The position numbers and the translations under genes were made by a program. Under the pieces are notes generated by a model. It was not told where the DNA came from. It made no database searches and saw only the letters and a program-made list of their open reading frames with translations. Shown one piece after another: positions 37,805 to 49,676 of a stretch of 64,000 nt of DNA. Origin of the DNA: a virus (lineage: Duplodnaviria > Caudoviricetes); IMG/VR virus record IMGVR_UViG_3300021399_000005, positions 102,805 to 166,804 of that record. One strand, written 5' to 3'. Every line of letters begins with the position of its first letter. Positions within the stretch are counted from its first letter, which is position 1.

Positions 37805-39603
37805 TGGCACTACAGGACATTCTCGAACAAGATTTAGAATCTAAAATTTCAGATAATTTAATAAACTTAACAAAATCCGCAAAGTCAAGAAGAAAAATGG
37901 GCTTGTCTAAAGAACGTTTAGATCAAGCTATGCCGGTTATTCGTCAGTATATTGCCTATTGGCGAGAATATCCAGATATGTTTATAGATTTTATGCAGAC
38001 TGGCGCAGACGGGGAAATTCCAGCCAATGGATTGCACTTGTTCTTCTATCAACGAGTATTCCTTCGTGCCGCTGCTCGTTATAAGTACGTATACATGACA
38101 TTCCCCAGAGCGTATTCGAAGTCGTTCCTTACCGTACTAGTTCAGATGGTGCGTTGTATCTTATACCCAGATGCAAAACTCTTCGTAACCTCGGGAGGGA
38201 AAGAACAGAGTGCATCAATTATGAAAGAAAAAGTTCAGGAAATTTGTACTCTTATTCCAGCCTTTAATAGAGAATTAGTTAGAAAAAGAGGAGATTCAAA
38301 TTCCACAAAAGAAGGAAAAGACTATGCTCACTACCAGTTTAAAGGAGGAGCTTTTTTTGATAATATTGCGGCAAGAGAATCTTCCAGAGGTAGACGTAGA
38401 ACTGGTGGAACAATAGAAGAGTGCGTTGGCGTAGATGGAGAAATTTTAAATACAGTCATTTTGCCAACCATGAATATATCCAGAAGGGCAAGAGATGGTT
38501 CTGTTCACCCAGAAGAAGTTGTAAACAAGAGCCAAATTTATATTACTACAGCTGGGTGGCGAAGCACGTTTGCGTATGACAAACTAATTCAGCTTCTAGT
38601 ATGAATGGTGTCTGAACCTGGTAAAGCTATTGTTCTAGGTGGAACATGGCGTATTCCAGTTTTATCAAAACTTCTTGATAAGAACTTCGTAAGAGATTTA
38701 AAACAAGATGGTACGTATAATGAAGCTTCTTTTGGTCGAGAATATGAAAGTATTTGGTCAGGTTCTTCTGAAGACGCATTTTTTAGTGGAGAAGCTTTTG
38801 ATAGATGTAGAACAATAAAAATGCCAGAATATGAACACTCTGGAAGAAGTTCTTCTTCAGCTTATTATGTTTTAGGTTGTGATGTTGGAAGAAAAGGCTG
38901 TGACACCGTTATTACTGTCATAAAAGTTACTCCTCAAACCGTTGGGCCAGCTATTAAAAAACTTGTAAATATAGAAACATTGTCTGATGCGCATTTTGAA
39001 GACCAGGCAAAACGACTAAAAGATTTATATTATAAATATAAAGCAAGAATGATTGCGCTCGACGGTAATGGTCTGGGCATAGGCTTGCTTGATTATATGG
39101 TAAAGAGACAAATTGATCCTGACACAGGTCAAATTTGACCAGATTTTGGGGTTGCAAATGATGATGAAGGCTTTTATAGAAAATATAAAACAGACATAAC
39201 TGAGCATGATGCAATTTATGTTATAAAAGCCAATGCGGCTTTAAATACTGAAGCGCATACAAACTTACAGGTACAAATCTCATCTGGAAAATTGCAAGTT
39301 CTAATTGATGAAAGAATTGCTAAAGCAAAATTATTAAATGAGAAAAAAGGTCAAGCAATGACTTCAGAAGAAAGGGCAGAATATTTAAAACCATTTACCT
39401 TAACTTCTATATTAAAAGAGGAACTTTTAAACCTTCGAGAAGAAAATGAGGGAATTAATATCATTTTAAAAAGAGCAAACAGAAGAATTGAAAAAGATAA
39501 GGTTTCAAGCTTAGAATATGGATTATATTACATAAAACAAGAAGAAGATAATAAAAAGAGAAAAAAGAAATTCAATGCAGCTGAATGGAATTTCTTTAAC
39601 TAG
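37804..39603 (+). CDS. terL: Terminase large subunit (599 aa, 2 TGA=Trp)
   Basis: Walker A-like PRAYSKSF, SRGRR, YITTAG, FGREYES, nuclease motifs GCDVGR, LDGNGLG, KDKVSSL. Confidence 0.92.
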
Positions 39604-39620
39604 AAGAGAGGAGGAGTTTT

Positions 39621-39977
39621 ATGAGAGCATCAAAGGCAGAGATAAAGATAGAAGAAATTCTTCAAATGAATGGTTTAACATTTAAAGAAGAAGTATCTTT
39701 TGAAGGCTTAAACAGTGAAAATGGGCGACCTCTTCGCTTTGACTTTGTTATATTTGATGATGATGGTAACATTGATTTTATCATTGAATATCAAGGTATA
39801 CAACATTATGAACCAAGAAGTAAATTTGGAGGAAAAAAGGGTCTCTTTCAGCAACAGCATAATGACAAAAAGAAAAGAAGATTTTGTCAAATGAATGGTC
39901 TTAATTTAATTGAAATTCCTTATACTGATGAAAACTTGATTTCTTATGATTATATTATGCACAGAGCTGGTTATTAG
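39621..39977 (+). CDS. PD-(D/E)XK / Vsr-like endonuclease (DUF2726-like)
   Basis: LRFDF..IIEYQGIQHY..DKKK..LIEIPY. Confidence 0.8.
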   Translation: MRASKAEIKIEEILQMNGLTFKEEVSFEGLNSENGRPLRFDFVIFDDDGNIDFIIEYQGIQHYEPRSKFGGKKGLFQQQHNDKKKRRFCQMNGLNLIEIPYTDENLISYDYIMHRAGY

Positions 39978-39985
39978 GAGGGTTT

Positions 39986-41614
39986 ATGACAAGACAGGAA
40001 AGTATTCATGAAATGGGTTTTGACATGAACGACAACTCTAAAACCGAATATGGAAAGATTAAGGTCGGTGTTAAGACCCTTGAAGATGCGATATTGGATA
40101 TAGGATGATATAACAAATATCGTAGATATAATAGAAGTGCGCAATGGGCGCGTAGAGATGTTGTTGTTCGCGCATTAGCTTCTGGAGATGTAGAAGAGAT
40201 GCGGGAAATTTCTCGTTGGTTTTATAAAAACAGTGGTATTTATCAAAAAGTTGTAAATTATGCTGCAACAATGTTCAGATATGATTGGTATGTTTCTCCA
40301 GAAATATATGATGATTCATATTTTGAAGAAGAGAAAAAAGAGGATAAAGTTCGTCAAGAATTTTCAAAACTTTTAAATTATTTAGATAATTCATACATAA
40401 AAAGAGTGTGTGGGCAGATTGCTTTAAATGTAATTAGAGATGGCGTGTATTATGGTATCATGATTGAAGGAAAAGAGGGCATTATTTTCCAGGAACTTCC
40501 TGCAAGATATTGCCGCAGTCGTTTTATGGTAAATAACCTACCTGCTATTGAATTTAATATGAGATATTTTGATGATGTTTTTCATGATGTTGGATACAGA
40601 ATGAAAGTATTAAAAATGTTTCCTAAAGATATTCAAAGAGGATATTTACTATATAAACAAGGAAAATTGCCAAGTGAAGAATGGCTTGATGGATATGGGT
40701 CTTGGTACCTCCTTGAAACAGGAAGCGCAATCAAACTTTCTCTTGGTGGAAATGGAAATGAATTACCATTATTTATAAATGCAATTCCTTCGATTATTGA
40801 TTTAGATGCTGCGCAAGATTTAGATTATAGAAAACAAATGCAAGATTTATTAACTATAATTATTCAAAAATTGCCAAGAGATAAAAATGGTGATTTGATT
40901 TTTGATGTTGATGAAGCAAGAGATATACATAATAATGCGGTTTCAATGTTAAAGCATGCGGTTGGTGTTGATGTGCTGACTACATTCGCGGATATTGACT
41001 CTATTGACTTGTCAGACTCAACAGTTTCATCAACGGCAGATAATCTTCAAAAATCTGAAAGAACTGTTTATAATAATTTAGGTGTTGCTCAAAATTTATT
41101 TAATGCAGAAGGTCAATTGTCTATTGAAAAATCTATCTTGAATGATGAAGGTTCTCTTCGAGATTTAGTGTTGCAGTTTGAAATTATTTTTGATACAATT
41201 GTACAGAGAAGAAGCCCGAAAAAGAATAAATACAAGTTTAGATTTTATATGTTAATGACAACTCAATATAATTATAAAGAGTTGGCAGATAAATATAAAG
41301 CACAAGTACAAACAGGTTATTCAAAAATTCTGCCTCAAATTGCGCTTGGGCATTCACAAAGTTCAATTATCAATACTGCTTACTTTGAAAACTTCGTATT
41401 ACATTTGAGCAGTGTTATGGTACCACCAATGATGTCTTCTACATTGAGTTCAGAAGATATTGCAAATTTGGGCAAAATTAATAAAAGTGAAGGATTGGGT
41501 TCTTCAAAAGAAGTAGCAGGAGAAAATGGAAGTGAAAGCCAAGTTGGTAGACCTTCGCTTCCAGAAGATCAACTTTCAGAAAAATCTATTGCAAATAGAG
41601 AGTCTGAAGGATAG
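39986..41614 (+). CDS. Portal protein (542 aa, single TGA=Trp at codon 41)
   Basis: GGAGG SD before ATG 39986, in frame with 40199 fragment; position after terminase; C-terminal GRP motif. Confidence 0.82.
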
Positions 41615-41622
41615 GAGGCTTT

Positions 41623-42876
41623 ATGAAACATACTAGTATAAAATTAGATAGCCCTTGTGAGTTTGTAAATGTTTCTCCGTTAAATCCATTAATTTCAAAA
41701 TGTCAAATAAAAGTTTGCTATGTGGGTGAAGACCCAAATAGAAACGGTACAATTATTACAAAGGAAGTTGCGGCAGAGATGGCAAATTCTCTGCCTGGCT
41801 CTCCCATTGTAGGTTTCTTTTCAGAAGAAAAAGACGATTTTGAAGGACATGAAAAAGAAATTGAAATTACCGAAGATGGTGAACTTAAATTTGCAGAATT
41901 GACAAAACCTTATGGCTTTGTTGATATAAATGCAAAAGTTTGATTTCAAAAGTTTGCAGATGATGGAGTTGAACATGAATATTTAATGACTGAAGGATAT
42001 TTGTGGACAGGCCAATATCCAGAAGTTGAAAGGGTTCTTGGCGGAAACAATGGACAATCAATGGAATTAGATTCTAATTCTATAAAAGGAACTTGGGTAA
42101 AAGTGTATAATGAAAATACGCAATTTTTCATTATAAACGAGGCAGTAATCTCAAAACTTTGTATTTTAGGTGAAGATATAGAACCTTGTTTTGAGGGAGC
42201 CTCTATAAAAACAGAGTTTTCTTTTGGTGAAGAATTCAACCAAAATCTTTTGGCGTTAATTCAAGCCGTAAAAGAATATCAAATGGAAGGAGGAGTAATA
42301 GTGCCAGAACAAGAAAAAGAAGTTCTTGATGAAACTAAAGTAGAAGAAACTCCTATTGAAGAAGAAGTAATCGAAACAGAAGAAGAAAAAGTAGAAGAAA
42401 CTCCTGAAGTAGAAGTGGAAGAAGAAAAAGTTGAAGAGGACGAAAAAGTTCAATATAATTTAGAAGAAATTGAAGAATATGTAGAACTAATGGGAAAATA
42501 TCAAGCTTTAGAACAAGAAATTGAAAATTTAAAAGTAGAAAAAGAAACTTTAGAAAATCAAGTTAATGAATTATCTGCGTTTAAATTAAAAATTGACAGA
42601 GAGCAAAAAGAAAAAATGATTAAAGAAGAGTTCTATATGTTATCAGATAAAGATAAAGAAGATGTTATTCAGAACATTGACAAGTATTCTTTAGATGAGA
42701 TTGAATCTAAGTTATCCGTGATTTGTGTTCGTAACAAAGTTAGTTTTAGCTTTGACGAAGATACAAACGATGGCGTTGTATCATATTCAGTAGATAATTA
42801 TAACGCTAGTGAAGATTTAATCCCAGGATGGATTAAAGCAGTAAAAGAAAGAAAGGGAGGCAAAACTAATGGCTAA
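41623..42876 (+). CDS. Prohead protease/scaffold (417 aa, 1 TGA=Trp)
   Basis: NRNG, PIVG, GQSMEL, LCILG..PCFEGA; Glu-rich coiled-coil C-terminus. Confidence 0.82.
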
Positions 42877-43567
42877 AGAGAAAAAAAGTACATTAGCATA
42901 CGTTGAACTAGGATATGGTCAGGTTGAACCAAACCATTTATCTGCGCAAAGAACTGGTCAGGTATATGCACAATTACCTGCTGACCCAAATATCAACATT
43001 TTAGAAAATGGTCAATTTGTAAAGTATGACTATGCTAATGGAGTTTGTAATTTTACAGGAGCAGGCGAATGGATGCTTGTATTTAATGAAGTAAAAGTTT
43101 ATCATGATTTTGAAAGCGATGCTGATTTCGCCATGAAAAAAGATGACTATGTAGCTCGTTTATATAGTCCAACAGATGGAGAAATTAAAACTTTCCAAAC
43201 TCGTTACTACGGTGGAAAAGATGCTGCTGGTGCAGACATTGAAAAAGTTACAAGAGGAGATGATCCTTACGTAATCGACTATACTGAAGATCCATTTAAA
43301 ACTGCTATTCCAAGTAGAGATGGACAACCAATGCCAACAGGTACTACAATGGTTCCAAGAGTATTAAAAACTAATGTTGGTGATATTTATACAACTAATA
43401 CTATTGATGAAACAACATTAGCTGTTAATAATATCTTAGTTCCACGCGCTGCAGATGGTGTTTTAGTAAAAGCTGGAGAAAACCCAACTGGTATGCAATG
43501 GAAAGTTGTTAAAGTTTACACAATGCCAGATATGCAAAAAGGCGTAAAATTACAGAGAATTGCGTAG
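42869..43567 (+). CDS. Virion structural protein (head decoration-like)
   Basis: Between scaffold and capsid; strongly biased codons; no TGA. Confidence 0.65.
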   Translation: MAKEKKSTLAYVELGYGQVEPNHLSAQRTGQVYAQLPADPNINILENGQFVKYDYANGVCNFTGAGEWMLVFNEVKVYHDFESDADFAMKKDDYVARLYSPTDGEIKTFQTRYYGGKDAAGADIEKVTRGDDPYVIDYTEDPFKTAIPSRDGQPMPTGTTMVPRVLKTNVGDIYTTNTIDETTLAVNNILVPRAADGVLVKAGENPTGMQWKVVKVYTMPDMQKGVKLQRIA

Positions 43568-43585
43568 AGAAAGGAGAGAAGAGAG

Positions 43586-44677
43586 ATGCTAGAAGTAAAA
43601 GAATTAGGAAAATTAATGAAAATTGTTGCGAATGCAGACCGCTCCGCTCCTGTTGCTTATAACTATGGTAATGACACTTTTAGTTATGAGGAATTAAGTG
43701 ACACTCTTCGTGACGAATTAAATGAATATGTGGGAACTCCTCAGTTATATAGAGAAAATAAAAACTTGGTATTCTCTTTAATTGAAGAAACAATTGATGA
43801 AGTTCTTCCAAAAACAGTTTCTGCTAAATATGCAGATTTTGCTGAAGTGCGCACATTCGCTCAGGGCGATCGTCCAATCTTCCGTAGAAAATTAAATAAC
43901 TTAAGCCGTGCACGTGCTAAACAGTTCGTTACTCGTGTAGGTTTAGCAGGTATTTATGAAGTATTTAAACTTGGTAAAAACACTGAAAGCTTTGAAGTTC
44001 GTACTTCTGCTGTTGGTGCAGCTGCACAGATTGGATTTGAAGAATACTTAGATGGCAGAGTTGATTTTGCTGAATTAACTCAAATCGTCATGGAAGGTAT
44101 TGACGAATTAATCTTCAAAGAAATGGGTGCTGCTTTAAATGCTTCTATTAATCAGTTACCAGCTGCTAACAGAGTTTCATCTGCTGGTTTTGACGAAAAT
44201 GCATTTGATCAGTTATTAATTAAGGCTGAAGCTTATGGAGTACCTACTATCTATTGTACTTATGAGTTTGCGTTAAAATTAGTACCACAGGACGCTTGGA
44301 GATATACAGAAGCAATGAAAGATGAACTGTATCGTACAGGACGTTTAGCTGGATATAAAGGTCATAATGTTGTAATCTTACCGCAAGGATTTACAGATGA
44401 AACAATGACTACTAAAGCTGTTGACCCATCTTACTGCTGGATTATTCCAACTGGTGCAGATACAAAACCTATTAAAGTTGCATTTGAAGGTGGAACTTTA
44501 GTAAAAGATGATGTAGACACTAATTCTGACTGGAGCCATGACATCCATGTTTATAAAAAGGTCGGAGTAGTTTGCATGATGAGTAATGCAATCTCTGTTT
44601 ATAGAGATACTTCATTAACTACAGACGCTACTAAGTGGAACTTAAAAGATACAGTAACTAACACTGTAAATGCGTAG
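43586..44677 (+). CDS. Major capsid protein
   Basis: 363 aa, position, highly biased codons, strong SD, followed by terminator; no in-frame TGA. Confidence 0.85.
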   Translation: MLEVKELGKLMKIVANADRSAPVAYNYGNDTFSYEELSDTLRDELNEYVGTPQLYRENKNLVFSLIEETIDEVLPKTVSAKYADFAEVRTFAQGDRPIFRRKLNNLSRARAKQFVTRVGLAGIYEVFKLGKNTESFEVRTSAVGAAAQIGFEEYLDGRVDFAELTQIVMEGIDELIFKEMGAALNASINQLPAANRVSSAGFDENAFDQLLIKAEAYGVPTIYCTYEFALKLVPQDAWRYTEAMKDELYRTGRLAGYKGHNVVILPQGFTDETMTTKAVDPSYCWIIPTGADTKPIKVAFEGGTLVKDDVDTNSDWSHDIHVYKKVGVVCMMSNAISVYRDTSLTTDATKWNLKDTVTNTVNA

Positions 44678-44683
44678 TTTTTA

Positions 44684-44720
44684 AAAAGGAAGGGGTTTTT
44701 CTTCTCCTTCCTTATTTTTT
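44684..44720 (+). terminator. Intrinsic terminator after capsid gene
   Basis: AAGGAAGGGG..CTCCTTCCTT then ATTTTTT. Confidence 0.7.
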
Positions 44721-44743
44721 AAGAGAAAAAGGAGATATTAAAA

Positions 44744-45307
44744 ATGGAAAAAGATAGAATTGTTTCGGTAACTAACCGTAGCGCCGGTGCGCTTGTTTAT
44801 TCAATTGATGGAACCAACACTAGAAGACAGTTTACCATTGGAGAAACTAAAAAAATTCCGTATTCAGAGATTGAAGCATTATCTTGGCAACCTGGCGGAT
44901 TAAAATTAATTGCAGAGTATCTTGTTATTAAAGATGAAGAAGCTTTACAAACTTTATCAGAAGATCAAAATATGCAAATAGAACCAGAATATGCTTTAGA
45001 CGAAAAAGGAATTAGAGAATTAATGGAGAATGGTTCTCTTGAAGAATGGCAAGATTTTTTAGACTTTGCGCCAGAAGGAGCTAAAGATATTGCTAAAGAA
45101 CTTGCGGTTGCAATGCCTTTAAATGATTATAATAAAAGACAAGCATTAAAGAATCAGCTTGGTTTTGATGTTGATAGAGCGATTGAAAATAATAAAGATG
45201 ATGAACCTGTTGCAGAGAAAGCTGCTCCTCAAAGAAGAACTGCAACAACAGAAACAAAAACAACTCGTAGATACAATAAGGTTGTAAAGAAAACAGAAGA
45301 AGAATAA
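44744..45307 (+). CDS. Hypothetical head-associated protein
   Basis: 187 aa, SD AAGGAG. Confidence 0.75.
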   Translation: MEKDRIVSVTNRSAGALVYSIDGTNTRRQFTIGETKKIPYSEIEALSWQPGGLKLIAEYLVIKDEEALQTLSEDQNMQIEPEYALDEKGIRELMENGSLEEWQDFLDFAPEGAKDIAKELAVAMPLNDYNKRQALKNQLGFDVDRAIENNKDDEPVAEKAAPQRRTATTETKTTRRYNKVVKKTEEE

Positions 45308-45322
45308 AAAGGAGGTTTGCCG

Positions 45323-45946
45323 ATGGGAACATCCTTTACTGAAGTATATAACGCTTTCTTGAGTAAAATTACAGATGATTTATATTTAGAACTAACACCA
45401 GAAGACACTTTAAAAGATTTGCGATCCCTTCTTATCAATGCTTTACCTGGGTTTGAATTTCCTCGTAAGATTATAGACGATTATGAAATCAGCACAGTTA
45501 TTGTACCTGAAAGTGAGGTCGTAGATGGCCAAGACTTTGTCATTGGGCTTGTGTGGCATGAGCTTGATGAAAATGGATTGGAGATTGAAAATGGTGTTGA
45601 TGTCCAATATGATGATGAAGGAAATCAAATTCCTTTGGTATATGTAGAACGTTCTGCTTTTGTTGCTGATTTAACAAAAGAAGAAATTAATATTCTTGCG
45701 CTTTTAATGAAAATAGGATGGCTACAAAGGCAAGTAACTTCAATTGAAAATACACGAATGAAGTTTAGTGGAAGCGATTTTAAAATGACTTCCCAGGCAA
45801 ACCATCTTGCAAAACTTTTAAATTTATTGTCTGAATGTCATAGAGAATCTCATCATATGCAACGTCTTTATAAGAGAAGACGATTAGATGATGAGGGTAA
45901 AATTGAACCAAACTGGGACGTTTTAAGGGTTAGTGTTTTTGATTAA
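45323..45946 (+). CDS. Putative head-tail adaptor
   Basis: Position; DFKMTSQANHL motif. Confidence 0.6.
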   Translation: MGTSFTEVYNAFLSKITDDLYLELTPEDTLKDLRSLLINALPGFEFPRKIIDDYEISTVIVPESEVVDGQDFVIGLVWHELDENGLEIENGVDVQYDDEGNQIPLVYVERSAFVADLTKEEINILALLMKIGWLQRQVTSIENTRMKFSGSDFKMTSQANHLAKLLNLLSECHRESHHMQRLYKRRRLDDEGKIEPNWDVLRVSVFD

Positions 45947-46244
45947 GTATCCAATAGATATTAGTAAAGAGACTTTAGAGTCTGATAAGAAAAGGCTAAC
46001 AAACCAGTTGTGGAAATTAATTCCTATGAGAGAAAATGGAGAAGATTGAAAAAGCCAATTAACAACTGTAATTATAGAAATTGTAGGATTAAATGAAATT
46101 TTAAATAATGGAGATAAATATTTAATATTATTATCTAAACTTGAAGGGTTACTACATAAAGATGTTCAATTTTTATATTATAGAAAAACTGTTTTTGAGG
46201 CTATTTCATTACTAGGAGAATTGTTAAATAATGTCGAAAAGTAG
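45933..46244 (+). CDS. Hypothetical protein (103 aa, 1 TGA=Trp)
   Basis: Open frame fills the gap between neighbours only if TGA is sense. Confidence 0.65.
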
Positions 46245-47208
46245 TTCTCAATTTCAAGCAATAAATTTAATGAGCGCACGTTTGAATTGGCAAGGCGGGG
46301 CCAAACAGCAAGACCGCATGATAAAAGATAAAAGGTGAACGTTTGATAGAGCTGTAAAATATTCTTATCAAGCTGCAGAAATTACGAAAACAGAAAGCGA
46401 AGATTTAACCAAAGCTCCTGCATTAATGAACTCAAACAAAAATAAACCTGATTATGATGAAAAAATTCTTTCTGTTGGATTTGAATATGATTATAAACCA
46501 GGTGATGTTTTTGATTGAGTAAATACGGGAACTAGATGATTAATTCTTTTAAGAGAATTAACAGAACTCGCCTACTTTAGAGGAGAAGTTAGACGATGTA
46601 ATTATTATATAAAATGGTTGGATGAAAACCACCAAGAACATAAAATTTACTGCGCTGTGCGCGGTCCAGTAGAGACTAAAATCAATTATCTTCAAAAGGG
46701 GGGCGTGAGTGTAGACACTCCAAATCACTCTCTTTTTATTTATATGACAAAAACAGAGGATACTTTAAAATTCTTTAGAAGATATTCAAAGTTTTATCTA
46801 GGAAATATAGATATGGGAGATAAAAATACTTGCTGAAGAGTTGAAGCTACTGATACAATTAGTATGCCAGGAGTTTTATCTATTAATGCTGTTGAATATT
46901 TTGCTAATGAGACAGAAGATACAGATGAAATTGCGGGTGGATTAATTGTTCAACCTGTTGACCCGAATGAGGGGAAAACAGAGCTTATTCAGGGAGAAAC
47001 TTTTATCAGACCTAAAATGACATATACTTATAAATATACTGGAGGAGAATCTGTTGGCCCTTGAGTTGTTGATTCAAGAGCACCTATTGATTACACTATA
47101 AAAGGAAGAACCATAACTTTAAAATGACCTTTATCTTATAGTGGTCAATTTGTAATAAGATTTGGAGACCATGCAGAGAAGACAATTGTTGTAGAGTCTT
47201 TATTTTAA
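46231..47208 (+). CDS. Putative head-closure/neck protein (325 aa, about 6 TGA=Trp)
   Basis: One frame from ATG 46231 to TAA 47208; GDVFDW..TGTRW, CWRV. Confidence 0.68.
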
Positions 47209-47229
47209 GAGTAAAAGGAGTTAAACTTT

Positions 47230-47820
47230 ATGAAGATTGAAAATTATAAAGTTCCAAAATCAAGTTTTTTTTCAGTTAATAAAGATTTGTCAATTATTGT
47301 TGACTGAATGTTAAAGAATAAAAATTTAAAGAAGCTTTTGTATTATACTTCAAAAGATGCGCTTAAAAGAGAGCCTCTTTCTGAAGAAGAATCTTTAAAA
47401 TTAATAAATAAAAATATAAAAATTGTACCTAAGATATATATAGATAAAGAAGTTTTAACTTATGTTATTATTGGAATGGATAATTTTGTTACTAATGGAG
47501 AAAATCCTCAATTTAGAGACAATGTTATTACCTTTGATATTATTTGTCATTTTGATCAATGACCTTTAGAAGACTTTGATTTAAGACCATATAGAATTGC
47601 AGCAGAGATAGATTCTATGTTGGCTGAAATTAAGCTAACTGGAATTGGAAGAACAGAATTTTTAGGGTGTAATCAACTTGTTTTAAGTGATGAGTTTGCG
47701 GGATTAACATTAATGTATTATGTTTATCATGGCGGAGAAGATAAAAAAATTGCGCCAAACCCTGAAAAAGAAGAGTCTTTTATTGAAGATTTTAATGAAC
47801 TGTTTAATAATTCTAAATAA
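47230..47820 (+). CDS. Putative tail-completion/terminator protein (196 aa, 2 TGA=Trp)
   Basis: AAGGAG SD; FDIICHFDQW..LRPYRIA. Confidence 0.68.
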
Positions 47821-48555
47821 ATGGAATTAGATATTTTTACTCTTTTTTCTGGAGCAGATATACCAGTGCCAGAAATTTCTGCTGCAATACATCAACCAAC
47901 ATTAATGGAGATTGGTTTTGTTGGAGAAAAACGTTTTTTATCTGGTGCGCAATGTTTTTTAATTAATAAAAATATGTTGTTGTCAAATCCAGAGATTCCA
48001 AAAGAGGCTTTGGGTCAAATAGATAACTTTTCATTGTTTTTAGATGTGCTACAACAAAAAGAGATTAAAGAACAAGTTGAAACTTTTTTATATTTAATTT
48101 TTCCTAAATGTACTCAAATAATTTTTACTCCAAGGGCATTATTATTAAAACAAGATGCCGAAAATATCATGATAGATGAAGGAAATTTTGAAGTTCTTCA
48201 AGATATAATAAGAAAAATTTTTAGACTTGATTTGGCTGGTGCAGATGATTTTAACCCCTCAAATGAAGAGGCTGCCAAAATTGCGGCAAAGCTAAAAAGG
48301 GGAAGAGAGCGAGTCGCTGCGCAGAAAAGAGCTGAAAACGGTGGAGAAGGAAGCCTTTTTAGCACATATCTTTCTTCTATGGCTGTTGCCTTACACATGC
48401 CTCTTGGGGAGCTTATGAAATTAACAATCTTTCAAATAAATGACCTTGTTGAACGATATCAGCTTTGATACGCATCAGACTTAGATGTGCGTGTTCGTTT
48501 AGCAGGGGGCAAACCAGATTCTCAACCTGAGAACTGAATGAAAAATATTCATTAA
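47821..48555 (+). CDS. Hypothetical tail-associated protein (244 aa, 2 TGA=Trp)
   Basis: Extends past TGA 48466 to TAA 48555, abutting the SD of the next gene. Confidence 0.68.
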
Positions 48556-48572
48556 TAGAAGGAGGAAAACTT

Positions 48573-49607
48573 ATGAAATATGGTGTTCGTGAGATTTGCG
48601 AAGTTGTATTACGCGCCAAAGGTACTCAAAAAGTAGGTAATAGAACTTTCTTTAAAAATGAACCAGTTCTTTTCTTTGATACTTTAAAAACTTCTAGTTT
48701 AGAAGGAGCTGCAACAACTGTTTACGCTACTGGTGGAGTTGGTAACTCTCGTTTAGTAGCTTGGGAAGGTGAACGTACTGTAACTTTCACAATGGAAGAT
48801 GCTTTAATCTCTCCGGAAAGTTTCATGGTTTTAACAGGTGCTGGCTTAGTTGACGCAAGTGAAGATGAAGTAATTTATCAACATGTAATTGAAACAACTG
48901 ATGAATTTACTAGACCTACAACAGTAGCAGAAGGTTCTGAAGGCAGTTCTACTATGACTGTATACGTTTCTCAGAATCCTTTCTTACCAACAGATAAGAG
49001 AGATAATTTTGCTTATGTAATGTTATATAAAGATGGTGAAATTGCTAGTGAACCATTCATTCCTGTTCACAATCAAACAGCAACAGATGGAGTTTATAAT
49101 TATGATTCTCATACTCCAGTTACAGAAGGCCCTTACAAAGGAAAATATGCAATGACTATTGATGCCCATGAATGTTATGTTAAATCTGGTGATTCAAATT
49201 ATACTCCAGAAAGCATCGTAGACATTATGTCAACTGCAGATACAATCGTTGTGGATTATTATGTAGCACGTACTTCTGGAGGAAAACAGATTAATATCAC
49301 TCCAGATAAATTTGGTGGAAACTACTACTTAGAAGCTTCTACTTTATTCCGTGATACAAATGGTATCGATCATCCTGCTGAATTTATTATTCCTAACTGT
49401 AAAATTCAGTCTAACTTTACATTTACAATGGCAAGTTCTGGAGATCCAAGTACCTTTACATTTACAATGGACGCATTCCCAGATTTCACAAGATTTGATA
49501 AAGATAAAAAAGTCTTAGCTGCTTTACAAATCTTTGATACTGCAGAAAGTATTGGTTTACATAGAGATGCTACTATTTCTGCAAGTCCACACAGTGATGC
49601 AGACTAG
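48573..49607 (+). CDS. Major tail (tube) protein
   Basis: Position, biased codons, FTFTMASSGDPSTFTFTMD, terminator after; no TGA. Confidence 0.78.
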   Translation: MKYGVREICEVVLRAKGTQKVGNRTFFKNEPVLFFDTLKTSSLEGAATTVYATGGVGNSRLVAWEGERTVTFTMEDALISPESFMVLTGAGLVDASEDEVIYQHVIETTDEFTRPTTVAEGSEGSSTMTVYVSQNPFLPTDKRDNFAYVMLYKDGEIASEPFIPVHNQTATDGVYNYDSHTPVTEGPYKGKYAMTIDAHECYVKSGDSNYTPESIVDIMSTADTIVVDYYVARTSGGKQINITPDKFGGNYYLEASTLFRDTNGIDHPAEFIIPNCKIQSNFTFTMASSGDPSTFTFTMDAFPDFTRFDKDKKVLAALQIFDTAESIGLHRDATISASPHSDAD

Positions 49608-49676
49608 TTTTTAATTTAAAGAGGAAAGTTATTTTATAGCTTTCCTCTTATTTTTTTTAGGTGAAAGGAGGTGCCT

